Shown: positions 39,601-50,309 of the stretch, one piece after another | How positions within the stretch are numbered: the stretch's first letter is position 1 | How the letters are laid out: each line of letters begins with the position of its first letter | Origin: Octopus bimaculoides | Taxonomy: Eukaryota | DNA: 64,000 nucleotides | Direction: 5' to 3' | Assembly (NCBI RefSeq): GCF_001194135.2 | Contig: NC_069006.1 | Location: 26,096,782-26,160,781, forward strand | Translations under genes and position numbers: made by a program | Notes under the pieces: generated by a model | Told to the model about the DNA's origin: nothing | Database searches by the model: none | The model's input: only the letters and a program-made list of their open reading frames with translations

Positions 39601-41386
39601 ATAGACAACCAAAGGTGTGACATGTCTACATTTCACAAGGTAAGTCTTAAGCCTCCATCATTTACCTTCCTTTATTTCATTAATATCCTATTGAGACGGG
39701 ACTTGCAAGGTGTGCCTTTCATGCTGGACTCTCCATTTAATTGTATTAATGCTCTGTTGTACTCACCTAAAATACACATCTTTATCTACTGATGGCCTCA
39801 CAAACCCATTTGAATATATCTCAGTTGAAAGACTCTTGAGGTAGTAAAGGTGACACACAAGTGGCATAATGTCAGAATTAGCACCATTTGCTGAATGGTT
39901 TCAATGTTAACCTCTCCTCACATCCGCCTTGTCTGTTTTAGTCATCTTCACCAATGACAGTCCATCACAAGTTTCTTCCCGTTTTATCTACTCGACACAT
40001 CCATTTATTCATCTGTTTCCGCATCATTTATTGCAAAAGATGAGTAGCTATCATTTGTATCGCAGTTCACTGAAATATTCTCTAATTAAAACTATATAAA
40101 GGGCAGAGAATAGAACACTGAAGAGGTTGGGCCCCACTTAAAAGTTAACCACACTCTTATGAATATGAACAAGTTAGTTTTGTTTTTAACATGTCTGTAT
40201 GTGGGAGTGTGTGGAGAAGGAGAAAATGCAAATTTGACAATCTTTATAAAGGACAAACCTATACCAGTTACATGCTGTGATTGGATAGTTTAATGTTTTA
40301 TATATAGATTTATATGTAGATTTATATAATGTGTGTTTGTGTGTAAGGTCACATGCACACACATATAAACAAAGGAGGAATATTTCGTATTGGAGTGGCC
40401 TTCCTCCTTGAATGTATATCAAATTATTTCTTGCTTTATTTTCATTCGACTCCACTATCGAAAAGAATAACTGTTAGATATATATATATGCATATGTGCA
40501 ATGAAAATTGTATTTCACTCACGGTCACTTGAGATTTAAGAAAAAAAAAACCACTATGATTCCCAAGAACAAATCTGGTCAGGACGATGCTTATGTTGGA
40601 CGTAAGTGGCAGTCTCAGAGAAAAGCTGCCAGACAAACAATATCGTCCTTCATCGAACTTCACAAGAGGAATTACGAAATTGTGTTGAGCGAGTTTTTAA
40701 AAGTCAGCATTTATTTATTTATTTGTCTATTGTTAATTTCTTAATTTGTTTTGATTGTTATTTTGTTTTGTTTTCTTGATATAATTTTAATTTCAATTGG
40801 ACATATATTTATATATATATATATATATNNNNNNNNNNNNNNNNNNNNNNNNNNNNNNNNNNNNNNNNNNNNNNNNNNNNNNNNNNNNNNNNNNNNNNNN
40901 NNNNNNNNNNNNNNNNNNNNNNNNNNNNNNNNNNNNNNNNNNNNNNNNNNNNNNNNNNNNNNNNNNNNNNNNNNNNNNNNNNNNNNNNNNNNNNNNNNNN
41001 NNNNNNNNNNNNNNNNNNNNNNNNNNNNNNNNNNNNNNNNNNNNNNNNNNNNNNNNNNNNNNNNNNNNNNNNNNNNNNNNNNNNNNNNNNNNNNNNNNNN
41101 NNNNNNNNNNNNNNNNNNNNNNNNNNNNNNNNNNNNNNNNNNNNNNNNNNNNNNNNNNNNNNNNNNNNNNNNNNNNNNNNNNNNNNNNNNNNNNNNNNNN
41201 NNNNNNNNNNNNNNNNNNNNNNNNNNNNNNNNNNNNNNNNNNNNNNNNNNNNNNNNNNNNNNNNNNNNNNNNNNNNNNNNNNNNNNNNNNNNNNNNNNNN
41301 NNNNNNNNNNNNNNNNNNNNNNNNNNNNNNNNNNNNNNNNNNNTATGTTGGAGAAGCAACTCAATGCTAATCCCTGTATATTTATG

Positions 41387-41427
<41 letters not shown>

Positions 41428-42127
41428 AAAAAGGGTAATTGTGCTGGTAAACAAATTAGATACAATAAATATATCGAATATATTAAATATGATATATTCG
41501 ATATGTTTATTGCATTTGATTTGTTCATCCCCATAATTGCTTCTAGATCCACTTAACCTAATCCCTCTTATAGCCGTTCTTTACCCTGTGGAATCGGTCT
41601 CTTGTAAAGATATCAGAGTTTAAGTTTGAATCTTTTGAGCACTTCTAAGTGTTGTCTTTTTAGAGAATCTCTGGCTCTCATCTCTGAACTATGTACATAT
41701 ATATATGTGTGTGTGTGTCTGATGATGGCTTAGCTGGCTAAAACTTCAAAGTCACTGTCAACAATATTCTTGTTTAAGAATAATAAATTTGTGCTCTACA
41801 AAAGTATAGAGTGACCCATCAGATTGATGTAAAATTGCTTTTATTAAAACGGAACCTAAACACACACACACACACACATTATGTGTGTGTGTAAATTGTC
41901 ATTAATGCAAACAAATGGAGGAATAGAAGAAACGGAAGCTGGAAATGCATAGAGAATATATTAGAATTAACCAGAATTTTAATTTTATTTTCATATATAT
42001 ATATGTATTTTTGTAATCACAAAATAACCTAACTCTTTGTTCTTGGAAACTACATTGATCGTGTATATATATATATTTGTATATGCAAGCATGTTTGTAT
42101 ACATAGATACACAAGCGTGTATGTATA

Positions 42128-42161
<34 letters not shown>

Positions 42162-42919
42162 TATATTATGTAAAATATATTTTCTTCTACTGCAGAGGGC
42201 ATCCAACAACAACACGCCAACATCCAACAGCTCTAACCATATATCCACTGGAGCAGGTAACAAACTCCAGTCTCCGTCACTTGGAGACATGTCTCACACA
42301 TCCAACAACAGCAACAGTTGTAGTATGAGTAGTAGTAACAGCACGCCTGTTCCAGACAACCAAAAATCCAGAAAGGAAGGGGTAAGTACGACGACATTGT
42401 TGCTCTTCGTTGCATTTGTCTCTTTTTTAGTCTTTAAAATTTGATTCCAACAATGGTGGGTCTTTTTTTTTATCACAGAAAAAAAAAAGACAACTATTAA
42501 ACAGGATGTTTAAAATCAATTGTTAAATTGCCATCAAACAACAACTGCAGCAACAACAAAAGTTTGGGATTGGTACTAAACAAAGTTGTAATTTAAAGTG
42601 TTGAGTGGAATGGAGTGGAGTGGAGTGGAGTGGAGTGGAGTGGATGAGTGTGGTTGGAGGGGAGGTGGAGGAGGGAAGGCATTACAAGAAACTCAACAAC
42701 AAATTGTCTGTTTTATTTGCCAGCAGTAGTTGGGGGGGGGGGGTTAGTTTTTTTTCTTTTCGTGTTTTTCATTGGATTTTCCCCGCAAAAGAATTACCAT
42801 CTCTTTTGTGATGTTACTAACTGTTGACGAAGAACGATTGTAATCATCAAAAATATGACGTATAAATATAAAGAAGCACATATTTGTATATACATGATGG
42901 AAAACACACTCACACACAT

Positions 42920-42959
<40 letters not shown>

Positions 42960-45900
42960 GGTGTTTGGGCTAAATTTGACTGTTTGCTTGAAAGAAAAGA
43001 AAGCAACATCCCATCCCAAAATGTAAAGAATTAAAGAATCATATCATATCAACTAAATTATGGTTGGGAGGTAACAATTTGCTCAAAGTCTTTTCCATTC
43101 TTCCCGAGCATCAAACTAATACACCTGNNNNNNNNNNNNNNNNNNNNNNNNNNNNNNNNNNNNNNNNNNNNNNNNNNNNNNNNNNNNNNNNNNNNNNNNN
43201 NNNNNNNNNNNNNNNNNNNGACACGTAAAAGCACCCACTACACTCTCTGAGTGGTTGGCGTTAGGAAGGGCATCCAGCTGTAGAAACTCTGCCAAATCAG
43301 ACTGGAGCCTGGTGTTGCCATCCGGTTTCACCAGTCCTCAGTCAAATCGTCCAACCCATGCTAGCATGGAAAGCGGACGTTAAACGATGATGATGATGAT
43401 GATGATATAAAGACTAGTGCTAAATCTATTTTCCATTTCCTTCATCAATTATTATCTCAACTAATCCTGTGGAATTCCTGATAGATCGTGAGGAAATATA
43501 TCCCAACCTTGAATGACACCAGGTAGCCAGCAACTGTGGATGTACTTTACTCAACACACTCATTGACATATACCCATTACACACACACACACACACACAC
43601 ATGCATGGAAATAGATACTCTTGAAGCAAAAGTAGTGTGTGTTTGTGTGTGTATATATATATTCACATACACACACACACATGCATATGCACACACAACA
43701 TTCTGTTTAATATTCAGTGTCAAGATTAAGTAGAAATTATATATGTTAGTGTAAAAAATAATAAACAAAAGGAAAAAAAAAATGTGCAAAACTCTTATAA
43801 AAAGTCAGTCCCTTCTGTGAGTGAAACAATAGAATTGAAGGCAGCTGGTGATGGTGATGGTGTGTGTGTGTGTGTGTGTTGGCAAGTAGTAAATCCAAGA
43901 CGTCACCCAAGTTGGACAGAATATTTCATTGTGAGGAAGAAAAGCCTGTCATTGTGGTCAGAACTCTCTAATTGGAAAAAGATTGAGGTAACGTTAGAAC
44001 TGTTAATTATTATCATTATTGTTATTATCCTCCTCCTCCTCATCATTATTATTATTATTATTATTAAGGTGGCAAGCTGACAGAATCGTTAGCATGGTGG
44101 ACAAAATGCTACTGTGTCTGTTTTAGCAGGGATTTTACGGCTAGATGCCCTTCCTAACACCAACCACTCCGCAGAAAACACAATGCACTGCCTGGTCCAG
44201 GAATTGAACCCATGGTCTAGTAATCACAAGTGCAATACCAGGCCATGAGCCTATATAATACATAATGCAAAAATACCTGCAGACTGCAATTACCAATAAA
44301 AATGTTTCTATGTGGCCTGATATCAAATGCTCCATGGTTTGATGTTTTGGGTCCCCTGTCTTAGGCCACATCTAAAGAAAGGTTACCCCCAACCTCAGTT
44401 AACACTCATAAACATACTCCTGCCTCTGGCCCACTGGCACGCTGTCTCCTCTCTCTGCCTTTTTCACTGGTACTATAATGGCCTCTGCTCTTTGAAAGCT
44501 GGCTTTTAAACAACAATAAGCAACCACCTTTGTCTAGCAATTCCTTCAATCATCTCAGTTGAATGAGGCTTTACCATTCTCTACAGTATACGTGAGACCC
44601 TTCCATATTTATATACACATATCATTATTCATACAAATTTCACATTCAGCTTCTATGTCTCCTTGTATTATATACACCCAAGCACTCCTTGTATTATATA
44701 CACCCAAGCACTCCTTGTATTATATACACCCAAGCACTCCTTGTATTATTCCTCATTTTGTTAAGAATTTAAGCAAAGTAAGGCAGGTGTTTATTTTGCT
44801 GCGTGGGTTTTACTCTTTTTAAAATGCTGGTTGTCAGTCTGGGACGCACAGAAGTGTGTGTGTGTGCGCGCGCAAATGTGTGCATACCAGTGAGTCTTTG
44901 TTGCTCTATTTCCTATCTAAACCTTGCATGTGCATATGTCTATATATATCTATATATGTGCGTTTGTATAGAGATATGTGTATAGCTGCTGTCTTCTGAC
45001 AGTCATACCCGTCATACAAAAGTCATACCCGTCATACAAAAGTCATACCCGTCATACAAGAGTGACACTGCAACAAGCAGGTGCTCTTCTTCCTGTTTTT
45101 TTGAAATGGATTTATCTCGTTAATGAGTGGGCAACCGCAAGGATGAGTCAGTGACTGGAAGTGAGGACATTAACGAAATCTCTCTGCCCCCTCCCCTTAT
45201 ACGTAGACGCTTGCAGTGTTAATTGATCATCTCAGATCTGTAACCTTTTTGATTCCTTCTTTGTTTACTACATCAAAGTGACCCCCAATGTGTATGTGTG
45301 TGTGTGTGTAAAGTCAACACTGTGTTATTAAGAAGAAGGAGTGTCAACCTAGTTTATGAGACACTGGGGTGGGTACAGAGAAGTGTTTACTCTGGCTGCA
45401 TGTGTTTGTGTGGGTGTAGGAAGAAAGACACTGCAGTTTCTGGTTGTATATACACATGAACATATGGCCATTTAATTTATACACACACACACACACAATC
45501 TAAACCATAGATGAAATAGTTTCATCAATTGTATATCCTGGATTTCAGCTGCATAGAATTCTGCATTGTACTCTTCTGTGTTGGATTACTACTATGTGAT
45601 CTGATAGCCAGGTTCACTAGAAGAGCTTTCTGTGATGGCCACATGATTCTCTGAATCTATAAATCTATTTATAGATAATGTGGTTGTGTGTCTGTGTGCT
45701 TATATTTCACTCACTGTGCCTCACCATTTAACCCATTAAATTCTTCCAATAGGTCATAATGTTATTAAACGGATCTGTGATAAATTTTGTTGTTGATAAA
45801 AGAAATATTGGTTTCCAGTGTTTTAACAGTTGTGGAATTTCTCTGGTATTTATACCTACACTACTCTTTGATCAGTTTGGAATCCTGTCACCAAATGGTG

Positions 45901-48900
45901 TCTTATTCCAAGATGTACACTGGAAAAAAAATTGCTAGAACATTTCATAATAAAAAACAAAAAGAATGCCTTGTGGTATTTAATCCTGCCAAGGTTAAGT
46001 TTTTCCTTTGTCCCTCAGGGTCCCATAAAATGATGCAACTCCATTCAAGGGTACTTGTGTTCCTTTGGGATTCTCAGCCAGGTTTCTTTTATCTTGTACT
46101 TGTTTCAGTCATTAGACTATGGCCATGCTGGGGCACTATCATAAAAACTCTTGAGTATGAGTGAATGAATGATACAGCAAAACATTGTGTTATCACTCTT
46201 TAATCTTGACTAACACACACACACATCGTTTAATGACCCACTTGATGTTAATCTCTCCTCGTAAACTCTGTTGTCTCACTTCCTTTGTGGATGATAAGAT
46301 GGGAGAATCTCCTTTAGCTTGTTGTTGCCAGTCTTCATTCTTTAAAGAAAAGGAACTTCATTAAAGACACTTCAGAATCCCCCCCAAAATACTTCAACTC
46401 TGAACAATATATCACAGTCAAAGATATCTTCAACAGCTACTACTACTACTACTACTGCTGCTGCTGCTTACTTTTGTTGTGACAAACTGAAGCAGGGCTT
46501 GTATAGAGTCACTCGACATGCCCAAAATAGCTGCCAAATCTCCCTCAAATTATATCTTATCATCTTAAAAAGGAGAGGGCACGTATGCATGCAGGACATC
46601 CTTGATATCTAAGATCTTAAATAAAGACTGGACAGTCATGGCTGGATCCTTTTTCATCACAGTTTTGCCTGTTCAGTCACATCTGACCCATGGCTAAACG
46701 GCAACAATTGATATAGCAAACACAGATGAACATATCTGAACTGTTTACAAGTTTGTGTCCTATACACATCACTGCTCAGTGCTTCCAGTCTACATTTCAT
46801 CTGCGGTGAGCTGCTGAATAGCACAACCAGTCACTTATGGGAAGATTGTAAGAGGGACCTGTTTCTTATGTCAGTTCACAGTGTCTGTGGCTTTCTGGTC
46901 TCTGCTGCTGATGAGGAGATAACCACTCCAAAATGCAAGCATCCAACAGTCTGCTTAAGGAATGCTATGGACTGACTTGGTGTATTCACACCTATTTGTT
47001 TACAGCAAGGATTTTCCTCCATGGCGAAATGCATTGAATTGCTTCCTTACAGGTTCAAATTGTGATTCAAACATATTTAAACTTCCAACAAGTTTAACTC
47101 AAAAAGTTTTGATCAATGGCAAGCTGTGGTAGTTAAACGTTTCTGAAGTGAAACGCAACAAGATCTAACTTGAGACCCCAAAGTTGTAAAGTAAACATTG
47201 TAATCACACAGTCATGCCTGACCTCGTTTTTTTTTTTTTTGATAAAGAAGGAAGTAGATGTCTCCTCCTTGTGAACAGTGTGTGCTTTAACGGATGTTGG
47301 TGTGAAGGAATCCGTTTTAGAATTGGAGTCTATTTTGGGCCTGAGGCACGACTGATTAAGGAACGGTGAGGGAGACACAAAATACAAATTAAAATATTAA
47401 CACATGATGGATTTTTAACAAATTATTTGAAATGCAGCAGGTGGGTGAGTGTTTGTGTAGAGAGACAGACAGACAGACAGGAGGGAGAGAGAGAGAGAAC
47501 TATACTATCAAGTGTGTCCTTCTTTCTTTAAGATGATAGTCTGTTCTCTAAGGGAGATTTAGCTACCGTTTCTTACGGATCAGCTGTCTGACATCATGAC
47601 TTGCTCATTATCTCTCACATGCCTTAATGGTCATTATTATTAAAGCTCGTTAATAAAAAATTCAGCTTTTATTTATTTCCTTCTGCCAAATCTGGTTGCC
47701 ACAGCATTACAGATTTCATCATTTTGTGCATCCATAGTTTTCGAAAGGAAATCATTTAACCATGCAGAACTCAAACTTAACGAGTTTAATAATCACAAAT
47801 GTAATGACATCGGGAGATGTTTTAACGAGGACTCTGATGATAATTGCCTCAGTGGAAGCCGTGCAGTGGTTGTTATTGTTTGAGAGAAGCAGTGATGGTG
47901 ATAGTATTTGCCTAAAAGCATAAATATTTTGATTTTCTAATTTAGTGAGACGCACCCCTGCGTGTGTGTGTGTGGTGCAGGTGCTGGGGTGCTCATGTGT
48001 CCTCCATATGAGCCGTATGAAGAAGCAATATGATCTCTGTGTGGCATTCATTACTCAAATGCTGTATGTGTCTACTTTTGGTATATTGGTGAAGTAGGGT
48101 AAAAGTTGAGAGCTGTATGTTTGAGGTGATGGGCAGGGGTGGAATGCCATGCAGGACATTCAGCATGGATGTGAGTGTGTGGGGAGGATGTCCTAATTAA
48201 CCTCTTACACGATGTCCTCATTAACATGGGTTTGGTTGCTGTTTGCTGCAAATAATTTAAAGTTACAATAATAATAATAATAATAATAATAATGATGATG
48301 ATGATAATAATAATAGTTTATTATTTTTTTTGGGGGGGAGGGGTAGTGTCAGCCCTGGTTCTTTCTACCCCCATTGATCAGGTTGGCACTGCAAGTCGCA
48401 TTGGCACGCCATGTGTCTGTCTGTCTGTCTGTCTGTGCACAAGTCTCATTTTTTTTATTGGTGTCAGTCACTGCACTTTGGCCATGCTGGAGCACCACCT
48501 TTAGTCAAGCAAATCGGCACCAGGACTTATTCTTTGTAAGCCTAGTACTTATTCTATTGGTCTGTTTTGCCGAACCACTAAGTTACGGGGATGCAAACAT
48601 ACCAACATCAGTTGTCAAGCAATGGTGGGGAGGACAAACACACACACACACAAACCACAATACTAAATGCATTTTGGTTGGTGATTGTATTCAAAAAGAA
48701 AGCTGATGGCAGTCGCTTCCAAACAATTAATATGGTTTTTGTTATCTAATTTTTATTGAACAAACATCTAATTAAATACACTGATTAAGTGTTTCAAGTG
48801 ATTGTCATCAAAATAATCCCCAAAATAGTTTGAGGGATTTAGTAAAATAATTAAATTCATTTCAATAAAGCTGCCGTCTTGAACCCAACAAAGAGGGTCT

Positions 48901-49152
48901 TACTTAAAATTAGGATCAAAGGTTTAATTTAGAATAGGGAGATTACAAGATATATAAGTTTATGTGCCTGGTGTATATAAAATAGATAGTTTTATATCGT
49001 GGCCCCAAGCACCATCTCAATTGGTTGATGTTAAAAGTGTGGAAGGAACATGTCGAGTTAAATCTCTCATCTTGTGCAGGTTGTGTTTAGTCATTCAGTA
49101 AAGAGTCAGTGGTAACAATACTTCAATACCACAATATATATGTGTGTGTGTG

Positions 49153-49197
<45 letters not shown>

Positions 49198-50274
49198 TCA
49201 CACATACACATGGATGTATACATCCATGTGTATATATGTAAGTGTGTGTGCATATATATCTACATATATTTTTTCAGAAGTCACTTACAGCAATAAACAA
49301 ATGGACAGAAAGACATGACTGATATATATACACACACACACATATACCTACATATATACACAACACATTCAAATTAACTTTTCCAGTCCAAAAGAGATTT
49401 TTAACCCAATATTTTCCTGGCTTTATTTGCTTCAAAATCCATTCTTACAAAAAGCAATTATTTCTCATTCTTTCAAAACTTATTATTTATTATGATGTCA
49501 ACAATAATTCCAAATATCTTTTTTCTTTTTCTCTTTTTCCAGCAGCAGGATTTCTTTGATACCATCATGAACCTCCAGTCTCGTCGTATCGATGACCAAC
49601 GTTGTCCTCTTCCTCAAACATTGACGCTTTCCTTACCTGTAATTATCTGCTTTACCTTTTTTCTTCTTACAATCTTCTTCTTCTTCTTCTTCTTCCATCT
49701 CTATTGGCTATTATTCTCTTATCACTGGTTTCGGTTGTCAGACTACGACCATGCTGGGGCACCACTTGAAAGATTTCTTTAGTTGACCAATCAACCCCAG
49801 TATTTCACTTTAAGCTGGATACTTATTTCGTCGATCTCTTTTCATTGAACCATCTCTCTTCATTTCATAAACATAAACAAACCAACACTGTTTGTCAAAC
49901 AGTGAGAAACAAAGACACACACACACACACTAGGCTTCCACATAGTTTTGCATCAACCAAATTCCCTCTTGAGGCATTGGTTGGCCCATGGCTATTCTCA
50001 AAAATACCTACCCAAAGATGTTATTCTATAGAATTTATTATCTCCTCCACGACCCCTGTCTGTCTGTCTGTCTGTCCATCTCTCCCCCACTTCCTCCCTG
50101 CTGAAACAGACAGTGCAGCCTGGTGCTGTCTTCTGCCTTGCCAGACCCTGTCTAACCGTCCAACCCGATGCCAGCATTGAAAATGGACTTTAAATGATGT
50201 TGACGACACGTGTGTGTGTGTGTGATTTTGCTTGGAATTAGGCAAATGTGTCTGTTGATTGTCGGGCATAATTT

Positions 50275-50309
<35 letters not shown>

